Below are positions 1 to 12,100 of a stretch of DNA of 64,000 bases, one piece after another. Source of the stretch: Macrostomum hystrix. Lineage: Eukaryota; Animalia; Platyhelminthes. The position numbers and the translations under genes were made by a program. The DNA lies in contig CATNEN010000015.1 in NCBI GenBank assembly GCA_950097015.1, positions 310,001 to 374,000 on the forward strand, read 5' to 3'. The notes under the pieces were generated by a model. It did not search any database and was not told where the DNA came from. It saw nothing but the letters and a program-made list of their open reading frames with translations. The stretch's first letter is position 1; the number at the start of each line of letters is the position of its first letter.

Positions 1-224
1 TACTGTCATCCACTAGCTCCAATACTGTCATCTGCTAGCTCCTATACTGTCATCTACTAGCTGCTATACTGTCACCTGCTAGCTCCAATACTGTCATCTA
101 CTAGCTGCTATACTGTCATCTACTAGCTCCAATACTGTCACCTGCTAGCTCCTATACTGTCACCTGCTAGCTCCTATACTGTCATCTACTAGCTGCTATA
201 CTGTCATATACTAGCTCCTATACT
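1..224. repeat. Minisatellite, ~22-23 bp unit (TACTGTCAYCTRCTAGCTCCWA), runs off the window start
   Basis: Directly visible tandem copies; probably intronic, downstream of the minus-strand exon ending at 267. Confidence 0.9.
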
Positions 225-266
225 AAAAGTGTAATCTCTACAACTGGGAGTACAGATGCCACTCAC

Positions 267-1830
267 TTGGTCCATCTGCCGGGACAGAGCATTCACAATA
301 GCCCGACAGACATCAGGATGACGCTTGTGATTCAAGGCCAAGTGGCCCAAGTGTTTCAGTGTGTCCTTGCGGCATTCGGCTAAGCCGCGAGAATTCTTGC
401 TTAACTCGGCTGCAAACAAGTCAGCCATTGCCTGCCTGTTGCTGAGTCATTAACTAACTAGCTTACAGCTTCTCATTGCTGGAACTGGTTTAGAAGCATG
501 TTAAAACTAATATAGATTAATATTCACTTTTTTGCTTCAGCAATAACCATATATTATTTAAAAAATTGAACTTAAAAGCTCTGGTGTTATTCCTAGAATC
601 CAATTTTACAGCAGAAACATATACGCAACAAAACAGATTTAATAAAAAAATTTGTTTTTGTGTTTTAAATTGAACTTCTTTTGGATAAATTCGTTATAAG
701 TAGGCAAGGCAAGCTCCTAATAAGTAGCTTACTTAGAATAAAAATCTAATAAAAAACTAACTTTAGTGACTTTTCTTTATTTTTTACTTCCTTTTTTCTA
801 CTTTGTCATGAAAAACAAATTATTTAAAAAAAATTAAACAAAGTAAAATAAGCCACCAAAAAACTTATTATACTTATTTTCTATCTTAGTACATTCATTT
901 GCAATTGTTTGAAATGAATGATTACTAAGTTATTGGACAATGCTTTGATATGTTTGCGTAACTCTGTGGTGCCTATCTATTTTTTGGCACCCACTTTTAT
1001 AAATAGACTGCCAACTCAGGTTTGAGGAAATTGCTTTCTATGCTGTGGCCAAGGCTGAACTGAAATAAAATACAATTTGCAGAGTTAATGTAACATGTGG
1101 GCTGCAATCACCCTCACAATACAACAATACTACCTTCCCAAGATGCAGCAAAGGAATCAGAGCCAGAAGGCAAGCAAGAACATAATTCTGAGGACTATGT
1201 TGTATATTGTATATATATTTGCACATACACATATTCTATGCTATATATCTTAAACATGCCATAAAGGCTTATGCACAGCTGAGCCCTCACCTGCTAGCTC
1301 CTTGCAAGAAGCTAGGACAGACCAAGATTTTGGGAGTTGCTGTGGAGTCACAATAGCAGACAACATTCTGCCAAAGATTGGTGTCAGAAATGTGCAACAC
1401 TAGGACATTGAGTCTCAGAAGAGCTTCTTTCCATAATGGAAGCTGCAGATATGTGGAAGGCCTTTGAGGAGTTATCAAGTGGCATTGAGAGCAGCACTAC
1501 AAAAATAAGCATTGGCTTTTTTACCTATGCCTCTGTATGAGTATGGAGACACTCCAAGTTATTGAAAGCTTGCAGCTTCCTAATAGTGCAAGCAAAGATG
1601 ATGCAAGCACACTTATAAAGGCATTGGAGCATTTCATCATGGACCAATACAAATATATGTTTGAAAGAAGATATTGGCTTTAAAACCAGATGGAGGGCAA
1701 GACTTTCAGCAACTATCTCATGGTGCTGAAGGAAATGGTATTCTGATGCAACTTTAGGTGCTGCTGCAATGGGTGTGCAGAACTCCAAATCAGTGACAGG
1801 ATCATCTAGTAGAAGAAAGCTTAGCATGCG
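267..1830 (-). CDS. Probable internal exons of an unidentified multi-exon gene (helical protein): candidate exons 1442-1291, 1194-1134, 431/435-267, plus an open frame at 1827-1525
   Basis: Phase-compatible open exons with AG acceptors and GTGAGG/GTAGTA/GTGAGT donors (LPLWKEALLRL...; SPQNYVLACLLALIPLLHLGK; AMADLFAAELSKNSRGLAECRKDTLKHLGHLAL...). Joining to the 1525-1827 frame does not work cleanly, so the model is uncertain. Confidence 0.35.
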
Positions 1831-3320
1831 ACTTTAAGTATTTGAGATGATGGAAGACCCCTACTGTGATGTCTGCACTTTTAGATGTCTATGGCCACTC
1901 TAGTTGCAGACTTTGACACTTGGACTGTGATGCATTCTCCCCTTTGCCCCCATAGTGAAAGCTAGTGTATCTGCTAAGCAGCAGACTCCAAATGCAAGTG
2001 TTGCGGATACATTCATTATAAATCATGTGTGCCTAAAGGATAAATGTCAAGCCCTGTGGCAAAACATACAGCACATGTGCAAAAGCCTACCATTTTGCAA
2101 AGCAATGTAAAAATTTAAGGTTTGGAAAGAGGAGCAACAAGACTAATTTAATGTTTGCTATGATAATGATAGAACAGAACTAGAGCAACTCAAAGTGCGT
2201 TAGAATTCAGATCAACACTCAGAATGGCATAAAAATCATCTTTGCACTACCAGATACTAGTGCATTTGTAGATCCAAATGATGGACATGATGCATGCTGT
2301 GGGCATAGATGTACACAAGCTACATTGGGAATAAACTCACTCTCATGAAGTAGATGGCAGACTACTAAAGTGCAATGGGTCAATTGAGTTTTAAATATCT
2401 GTGTGTGAGATAGGGCTACGTTTATTTCTTTGAAATACGTTAATTTTTGTTTGAATACACTTCAATTTGTTAAAATGCCCCAATTTTGTTTTTATGCACT
2501 GAATGCACCGAAATATAAAAAGTTATAATGAAGTGGAGAAGGGGAGTGAAAAACAGTATAAATACACAAACAAAAGGAAGAAGAAATTAACCCTCGTTTG
2601 AGATGGAGTTCAGAATAAAGAAAGCTTGAATCTTGAAGTGTTCATGTTGAAGTTATTTGAAAGAGACATTGCGAAAGAGAAGTAAACAGAGTAAAAAGGA
2701 TAACTGTAAATCTAGATCAACTGGTAAAGCCCAAGATGGACTGAAGATTGAATTGAAGATCGATTGAAGAGTAATTGAAGAGTAATAAAGACTGATAAAA
2801 GACGGATAAAGACCAATGAAGAGTAATTATAGAAATAATACAGTAAACTTATACAAGTAAATAGAAGTGAATATAGAGGATAAATATCGGCCATATTGAA
2901 CATATAACACTACCAGATTAAATACATAAATGCTACCAAATTTGAATTGAAATAAGAAGTGCATAAAGCAAATAATTAAAGACATTCATAAGATTGACAT
3001 AAAGACAGTATTTGAATAAAGTGTATAAGCACTATGACAACTTCAGTGATATTCAGTAAGATATTAACTATTGTAAAATAACCATACAACAACTTTGGTA
3101 ACAGTGGTAGAATTAGATAGCCCTACAACATGTGCGAAACACTAATCATACAATAGTTTCCAAGTCCTTATTGTCTTTCCAAGAATTCTAACAATGATTA
3201 TACTCGTATCTCATTTTGACATGTTTACTTCACAGTATAAACAATATGGACAGACTTACTGATATAGATCGACAAGAATGACACGACAACATTTTTTAAA
3301 CAAAGGATGGAAAAAATCTG

Positions 3321-4034
3321 GGCTATCCTGCATTTTTGTTCGTTAAATTATTTTTTCATTTTTTTTCAGCCACACTGCACATCCACATGGCGGGTTGTCC
3401 AGCTGCTCCCACTACTATCATCCCACCAGCTGAGATAAGACCTACTGCGGAACTATGCGACCTGCCGCTCATAAGGATGCGGGACTTGGCTCTTTTGACC
3501 ACTGACACACTGTCTCTGATGCGCTGGCTGGCCAAATACCAGCTGCTGTCAAACGAGCGTCGGTGCCATTGCCCTGCTGCACCTCAAATGCGCCTTCAGC
3601 GTCGTCAGGGTGACCGGTATGTGGGGAATGTGGATGGCTGGGCTTGGGCTTGCAAGGAGTGTCACGGCCAGGAGTTCATAAGGAAGGGCTCCTTTTTCGA
3701 GAGAAGCCACCTAGCGCTTAACCAACTGGTGGACTTTGTGTACTGGTGGGCACTGAAGACACCACTGAAGGACATCATGCTGCAGTGTGACATCCAGCAG
3801 CCGCATACCAGTGTCGACTGGTATCGTCGACCAGTGGCGCCGGCTCTACCCAAATGAGCATCATTTCGGCAACTTTCTGTACTGGGTGACCCATTACTAT
3901 AACAAACTTTCTTAAACTTTTCGGGTGTTCTGTATGTCCCATAATATTTTTATTGCCTGTGCTGAACTCGTGAGATCATGTAAAATTAATTCCACGTGAA
4001 AAATTAATTTAACGAACGAAAATGCAGGATAGCC
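3321..4034 (+). mobile_element. Merlin (IS1016/ISXO2-like) DNA transposon, non-autonomous internal-deletion derivative
   Basis: ~35-bp TIRs (GGCTATCCTGCATTTTtGTTCGTTAAATT at 3321, and the reverse complement ending 4034). The 8-bp TSD AAAATCTG lies at 3313-3320 and 4035-4042. The ORF has the Merlin N-terminus (DGWAWACKEC...IRKGSFFERSHL...YWW...TSVDWY) fused out of frame to C-terminal QWRRLYPNEHHFGNFLYWV, with no DDE core. Confidence 0.88.
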
Positions 4035-5059
4035 AAAATCTGGCTTGGCTTAACCTATTAGATAAACATAATATCAAAGTAAAGTATGTCTTAGTATAGT
4101 AAGTATATATCCGATACGTTTACGATCGATAATCAAGCAGTAATGTACAAGTTGAATAAAGATAAAAATAACTCCTTAAAAATGCACTCATTAAGTGCGA
4201 TCTATACGAAATGAACACCAGCATTTTGATGCATAGAACGTCCGCTGTTTGTGCGTAATAATGCTGCGTATTTTTAACGCAGAGAAAAATCCTAAAGAAA
4301 CATTAAGAAATTAATTTAACCGATGTTACTAAAAACAACATAAATATATAAATTGTAACGAAAATACAATTTCAAAAATTTAAACAATGTAACTAATATT
4401 TTTGTTTTAGTAATTGCATTTTAGACTTTAACTACGTTTTCAATTACACATTGCCATAGCGTAAGAGCTTCGGCTGATGCGCGGGGGCCAGGATGTAAAA
4501 ATCCTGTGTTTTACCCCAACTTAATAACAACGACAACAATTACACATTACCTAAATCGTCTCGCTTTAAGTAAAATAGAAAACATGATAAAGATGCGGGA
4601 CTGTCGACCGATGGCAAAAAAGACTTGTAAAGGCATGAGAGGTAGGCCGAATCGCAAAAGAGACTTTGAAGCCTAACATAAAGTTACCTAAATACTTTGC
4701 TTGACTTTTGACCGAGCTGCTAATCAGATGCTAAACTGAAAGAACACAAGCGTGAAAATAAATGAAGAAATAGGAGTGAAACTCACGGAATTAGAATTAG
4801 AGATAGAATTAAAGTTAGAATCAGAATATCCTTTCCTCAAATTGGTGGTATGTGGAGTTGTCCTGAGATTTCTCCCGCTTTAGTAACACATCTTGACAAA
4901 ATTTTGCCATATAAAGCAGAGTTTGAAAGTGTCAATTTTGTATCTTTTAGGGACTACTAAATATTAATTAAATTAAGTAAATTTAAGTTAGATAGAGATC
5001 AGCACTTAGACTCGCAGAAGCTCAAATCTTTTTCCGCCAGAAAGGGGTTGCAACGATGT

Positions 5060-5125
5060 TTCGGAACGACGGACTCACTGACCTCGGACCTTAAAGATCG
5101 AGGGTTCGAATCTTCACTGGACCAA
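5060..5125 (+). other. tRNA-derived sequence (pseudo-tRNA or SINE head)
   Basis: B-box GGGTTCGAATC at ~5102-5112, preceded by CTGACCTCGGACC...AAGATC, which resembles a tRNA anticodon/variable arm. No convincing A-box or acceptor stem. Confidence 0.3.
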
Positions 5126-6117
5126 TTTGTGTCCTATATGACCAGAATTGGTGAGCTAATTCAGCTGGAGCTGGCGAGCCTGGAATAATCAAATGTTAAA
5201 AGTATATTTTAAACTGGGCGACGTCTTTTATGGTGCGCTTTACGTTAGATTACTAAGGATTAAAGAAAAATACGCGATTCCCGCAAGTATAGTTGGACAC
5301 TGCCAGTAGACTCTGAGAAGGTCAGGGTAGCTGTACGAGTACATATCCTTGTGTTAGTGCTTGCATGCGTACAGTATCCCGTACAACAAGAACAATCCGA
5401 CGTCCTGCAGCGATGTAGATGGCAATAGGAACTTTTACATTGTACGAGTATTTTTGTTCGTTTTCGTGCCATGCATTTTTCGTTTCTTTATATTTCGTCG
5501 GCTCCCATTTGCCATCAATGTCGCTGGACGCCGGTGACATTGGGAAAGTCAGCCGACGTAGCTGATTATTGAACGGATGTGCTCAGGAGTCAGCGAAATG
5601 GGCAGAATTGCCTCCTGGCTTGCTGGGTTTCTACTGTCTAAAATGATGTGTCATTACGCACAGCCCTCCAGCAACTATTATTTATATTTGAGTATAAATG
5701 AGTATAAATTCATCAGCTGTAATTGCTGCGCTTGCTGGATTATATAAATTTCTGTCTTCTACTTTAGTCCAACACTGTCCCATGGAGATAGTGCATTCAT
5801 GTGCATTGAATGTTCGTGCTGCACTTGTAAAGAATCGTGCAGTTGTGTTTACTCTCTTGAGCAGAAATTCATCCCCAACCACTGGCAGGCAGGCAGAGCT
5901 CTATTGAGTGTGGCGTATTTTTCCTCTCTCTCTTTCTCTCTCCCCAATGTACACACTTAGCTAGTATACAGTGACGTGGATTGAGCATGCAGAACCTGGC
6001 AAATAGACGGCATGCATGCACCCTCAAGGCCACAACTACTCAGCCAGATAAGACCCCGTTTTAACTGTGAGTTCTCTGCAGCTTCGTTTGCACCGTTACC
6101 AATAAGACAGTTAAAAA

Positions 6118-9100
6118 ATGTCTGTGGACTCTGATAGCCGCAACGAGCTGTCCTGTGATGTGGCCATTGTTGGTGCTGGCCTGTCCGGCCTGACAGCGGC
6201 ACACCGGCTGCTGCAGGCTCGCCCGGACCTGCGGGTCCTGGTGCTGGAGGCCGCCGCGGACCGGGTGGGCGGGCGGACCCTCACGAAGCCAGTGCGCTGC
6301 TCGGACGGTCAAACACGTGACTGGTGCTTTGGAGGCTCCCTGATTGGCAAATCCCACAGCCGCTTGATTCAGCTGGCCAGGTGAGCCAGCGACGCCAATT
6401 TTGAACCCCGCTCCCAATCCTTATGCAGCTCTTGTGTGTGTTGAACCCCCGCTCCCAATCCTTATGCAGCTCTTGTGTGTGTTGAACTCCCGCTCCCAAT
6501 CCTTATGCAGCTCTTGTGTGTGTTGAACCCCCGCTCCCAATCCTTATGCAGCTCTTGTGTGTGTTGAACCCCCGCTCCCAATCCTTATGCAGCTCTTGTG
6601 TGTGTTGAACCCCCGCTCCCAATCCTTATGCAGCTCTTGTGTGTGTTGAACCCCCGCTCCCAATCCTTATGCAGCTCTTGTGTGTGTTGAACCCCTCCTA
6701 ATCCTTAATCCTTCAAGGGTTGTAGCTCTTGTGTGTGTGTTTTTGTGCATTTTTAGCTCTCGTGTGGCTCATGGCCACATAGACGAAAGGTTCCTTGAAT
6801 TCTTATCAATTGACCATTCACAGCTCCTGCAAATCTCCTCTTAACTTTCAGAGATCTGGAACTGACCGTCAGCGAGGTGCCCAAGTCTTCAGGTAAGAAC
6901 ATCCTTGAAATCGCCGGCACGATCGACCGGTACGAGGGGGAGACACCGAATCTGGGCACCCTCACCCTGCTGGACTTGGACAAGGGCCTGAAGAGTCTGG
7001 ACAAGCTGTCCAAGTCGCTGATGGACAACCGGGCCAGCTGGGCCGCGCTCGACGCCATGACGCTGGCCAAGAAGATCGAGAAGGAGACCTGGAAGAAGGA
7101 CACCCGACAATGCCTGGCCGCCATTGCTGAGCCCTGCTTCGACGGCGAGCTGGACCAGATTTCCTGCCTGCAGGCGCTGCGAATTGCCAACTCAGCTGGA
7201 GGCCTCCTGGCCCTCATGTCTGACGGCGCCGGGCTCAGGATTAACGAGGGAGCACAGGTAACGCATTGGTCAGAGGTCAGAATTCGGTTTTCCCAGCGCT
7301 GAAATGGGTGGAATAATAATAATTGCAAAATGGTTATGGGCAATGGCACATCATTTCGAGACACTAGACCCGCAGCCAGCGAGGGGCAACACACGCTCAC
7401 ACAGGTGTGTACATCTGCCCTGACTTTCTCAGGGCACTGTACATTTTACTGTGCCTTGGAGGTTGGCCCTCAATGGTGTAAATCGCACGACAAGCCCCCA
7501 AGCCTTCTCTCCGCGGCTGCGCCCCAATTAAATGTGACCTCGCCGCGGAATCGAGCCCAGGGACATTGTGCGAGAGGCAAACGCGTTTACCGCTCTGCCA
7601 CCGATCCCGATATTAACCGATAACTGATATGATTACTGGTGGCAGTATTAGCTGGGTATACATTGGTTGGCTGGCCACCTTTGAACTACCTCTCTACCTC
7701 TCATCTACCTCTCTTGACTTACTTGACTTAGCGGCAGGGGGCCTCCATGACGGACGCAGCGAGGAGGCGGCTGTTGCCGCCCATATCGCTAACCCCTGGC
7801 AGCCAGACGGCCTCCAGCGAGGCGGTGCCGCTCAGGGTGGTCCGTCGGTCGGTTCCGCCGCGCGATCTTCCTCGCCATAGGCTGGGAAGAAATCAGCTCG
7901 GCCGGTATCCCGGAGGAAGTGGGCGAGCTGAGGGATGTTCTCGGGCGAGCAGGCTTCGGCAAGAGTCGGTGCCGGCCCGAGGTGTTTTAGCCTAGCCCGG
8001 GTGAAGGCCGGGCAGTGGCAAATGAAATGCTCGGCGTTTTCACGGCCGGAGCAGCAGAAAGGACACGTTTCCTCAGGCACGTGGCCTTGGAGGTAGCGGT
8101 GTCTGGTGAAGCAGCCATGTCCCGAAAGGGCCATGGTGACTGCTCTCAGGTCTCTGCGGTTTAGCCTGAGTAAGGCCTTACGCAGGTTACTAGAGGGGGT
8201 TGGCACCGCAGCCCTGGACTGGCGACAGTTCAGGGTGCTGGACCACCTCCTCCGGTGCTGGGTCTCCATCCAGTGGTTGATGCTGGAGTTGACAACGGAG
8301 GCGGGGATCGGGGATTCCGGGCCCGGGCCCATCAGGGAGCTGGCTGCTCCAGCCTTTGCAAGCTCGTCCGCCATCTCATTCCCTGTGAGCCCGGCGTGCC
8401 CAGGGATCCACATCAGCTCCACCTTGTTAGACTGCGCCAAACCGTTTAACTGGTTGTTGCAGTCCAAGGTGGTTCTGGAGCGAGAGGTGCAGCGACTGAG
8501 GGCCTTGAGGGCTGCTTGACTGTCGGAGTGAAAAAAGATCCTCCGACCAGCCAGCTGCCTCTGGCGCAGCTCAGCCGCACAGAAGCTGATGGCGAGCATT
8601 TCGTTTTGGAAAACGCTTGAGCTCTTGCCACAGTGTTGGGAGTGGGTCCAGAGGACCTCGCCACCCGAGGCGACGCACACCCCGAATCCCGATTTACCGT
8701 TCATCAGGGAGCCGTCAGTGTAACAGTGGACTGCGGGGTCATCCCAGCAGTCCTTTACCTCATTACGAGGGAAGATGCTGACTTTGTACCTGTGGCTCCG
8801 GAGTAAAGTGGCCGGGGCCCCGTCCGAAAGGATGGTGAGCCCTCCGCACTCGCCCAGAGTTTTCAGGCAGAGGTCAGAGTGGGGCAGAAGGGAGCGCTTC
8901 GAGAAGGCTCGCGAATTCTGGAAGGATACACCCGCATCAAGGAGACGACGGGTGGACTTTGCCGCTTCCCCCTTAACAAAAATGTCAATGGGTGTAGCGT
9001 TGAGGAAAGCGTTCATGCCTTCAAAGGGAGTGGAGGGTGGGGCGCCCAGCGTCATGCGACAGGCTCTGCCCTGCACCCTATAAAGCGCCTCCAGATTTTT

Positions 9101-12100
9101 CTGGATGCTCATGGCACTGGCCCAGATGAGGCCAGCGTAAGCGACTGACGGTCTAATGATCGCCGTGTAAATCCACCAAAGGTTTTTGGGGGTTAGCCCC
9201 CAAGTGGTGCCCACGGCTCGCCTGACTTGCGCCAGAATGGCCAGGGCCCTCTTGGCCTTTGTGGTAATGTGCGGGGTCCAGTTAAGCCTATGGTCTAGCA
9301 GGATACCAAGGCACCGGACCTGCTTTTCCAGGGCAATATTCTTGCCATAGAGAGTCAGAGGCTCAATGGTCCAGCGCAGCCTGCTGGTAAACATAACCGC
9401 AACGGTCTTGGACTCAGAGAGTCGGAGCCCGCATTGGTCCGCCCAGCGCACCGCCCTGTTGATAAAGCCCTGAATGAGGTCCCTGGTGGTTTCCGCCGAG
9501 GGGCCCGCGCAGATGGCGGTCACATCGTCGGCATATCCCACCTTCAGGACTGGGTCAGGCCGAGTGCTTTTTAGCAGCTCATCCATGACGAGATTCCACA
9601 GCAGTGGGGTGAGGACGCCACCTTGGGGCCCTCCTTTTAGGACAGGTGCCGAGAGCACCCTGCCTTCGAGGTGGGCCACCACGTGGCGATTCCGGATCAT
9701 GTACATGACCCAACGGACGAGGTGGGGGTGAGTGGCCCTGGAAACCAGGGCCTTCTCAAAGGCTTCGAAAATAACGTTATCGAAGGCCCCCTCAATATCA
9801 AGGAAAACAGCCAGGGCAAAACCGCTGCCCAGCACTGCCTTCTCGAGAGTCTCCACAATGCAGTGGAGGGCGCTCTCCGTGGACCGGCCCGCCCGAAAGG
9901 CGTGCTGGTTTGGTGAGAGCGGGGCCCGCCCTAGCTCTACCGTAAGAAGGCGCCAGAGCACCAGTCTTTCCATGAGCTTGAGGCAGGTGGAAGTCAAGCT
10001 TATCGGGCGATAAGACTTGACCGAGCGATAGTCGCCTTTGGCGGGCTTCGGGATGAAGACGACCCGGGCTTCATGCCACCGCGCTGGTACGTAGCCCAGC
10101 ACGATGCAGGCCCGTAGAAGTCTGCAGAGGAGATGGAGGAAGCGGCCATTTTTAACCGCTTCATGCAGAAAGGCCGGATATATACCATCTGGCCCAGGTG
10201 CTTTAAAAGGATTGAATGACTTAGCCGCGCGAACGATGCGGTCATTCGTAACGAGTGACTGAGCCAGGCCCTGACCTCCACGCGAGTGGTCGTCTGGGCC
10301 GAAGTGCGCCGGTACACTCGGGAAGAAATGCCCTAGCATAAGCTCGAGCGTTTCCTCCGGGCGCTCAGTGATCGAGCCGTCCGGCTTTTTAATCGATGAG
10401 AGCTTGGAGAAGCGGTCGTTGGTGAGCGCCTTTACCACGCGGGCCGTGGGCCGCGAGCCCTCAAGCCCTTCGCAGTATTGTCGCCACTTGTCCGCTTTTG
10501 CCCTTCTGACCCGGCCCTTAAACTCATGGATGGCGCGAGTATAGGCCTCTTTGTCATCAGGGTCGTGCGAGGTTTTCAGCTTCCTCTGGAGAGCCTTAGC
10601 TCGGCGTCTTAGGACTCCGAGCTCGGGGTTCCACCAGGGGGCCGATTTTTTGCCTTTGTAGGCTTTGAGCGGGCAAGCCATTTCGTAGGCCTCTGTGATG
10701 GCGCCGCCCAGCAGGGCAGCCACTCCATCCAGGTCCTGCGTGGTTTCCATGGCCATGGAGGGGTCAGAATCCCGAAGGCCCTCATGCAGCTTTTGGCTGA
10801 ACGCGGGCCAGTCGGTATTTCTGACATTACGCCTCCAAATAGGCTTTTGCTTCTTATCGGGGGTGCCGATGTTGAAACGGATGAAACGGTGGTCCGAGAG
10901 CGAGCTTTCGGTCTCCCACACCTCCCACCCCAGCACCCTTGGGAGGATGCCGGGTGAGGCCAGGGTGACGTCAAGCACCTCAGCCCACCGCCCATTGTCG
11001 AAAGTGGGCGTGTTGCCCACATTGCAGAAGTTTAGAGGCGTGCCGCTGACGAAGGCCAGGAGCTCTTCGCCGCGGTCATTGATTTTTGAGCTACCCCAGT
11101 GGGTGTGATGCGAGTTTACATCTCCCGCGAGGAGCAGCTCGAAGTTTCGTGCCCTGGCGAATTCACAGAGGGCGACGAGGGTATCGCTAACCACGGGGGC
11201 GTCGCCTGCCAGGTAGGCGGATGCCACGAGGGTCAACTTGTTAGGCACAATGTGTGCAGATTGGATGACGCAGATGTCCCCGTTAGAGAGATCGGGTCTC
11301 ATCCACGCATTTAAGGCTTTTGCGGCATAGATCAGTGATCTAGGGCGGACAGAGTCTGCCATGCAGAAGCAGTCATAGCCAGCAGGAATGTTGCTTGGCT
11401 TGTTCTTTGATAGCCAGGGCTCCTGCACAAGTACAAGGCCCGGCATCATGCGCTCTGTCGTGCGCATCAGATTGACTGATGCTGCCACGCAGTGCTGGGT
11501 GTTAACTTGCAGACATGATATTCCGGGGATCATCATGCAGGCAGAGGTCTACTTGGAGGGGGACCCAGCCAGAAGGCGGTCATCTACCTCTCATCTCTCC
11601 AATGCTACGAGCGTATTTAACAAAGGATTATGCCATAGACGAAATATTAAAATAAAGTTGAAACCAAGGACAACTTAATAACTCCGAGTTGAACCCCCCT
11701 TAAGAGCTGCATAAGGACGGTGGCCACCGAGTTGTTTGGTTAAAACACTACAAGCTGCGAGCGAAGAAAGTGCGAAAGTGTTGTTTGTTAGCATCACTCT
11801 CGCTGACAGTCAAACAAATATCTCTCAAACACAGTTTTCAAAGAACAGTTGGCAAATAAATTAGTTAAACTGAAAGCTGAACCCATGCGCAGGAGGTTTG
11901 CACACGCCTGGCGCAGCGCCTCGGCTCAGATAGAATACTATTCGACTGCGAGGTGAAGCAGGTGACAGACAGTGATGGCTCTCTTCGTTTGACGACCCAA
12001 TCCGATTGGAAGGTCACTGCAACCTATGCGGTGAGCTGGGTACCGATTAATTAGCTACAATTGGTATTGTCATTACAAACGAGGCTCAGAATTTATTGGG

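Noticed and set aside
5260-5907. Short ORFs upstream of MAO
   Set aside because: No recognisable motifs, codon bias or splice structure.
8106-11314. Plus-strand and alternate-frame ORFs overlapping the LINE, and minus-strand ORFs over the LTR element and GC-rich exons
   Set aside because: Shadow ORFs of GC-rich coding sequence with no recognisable motifs.
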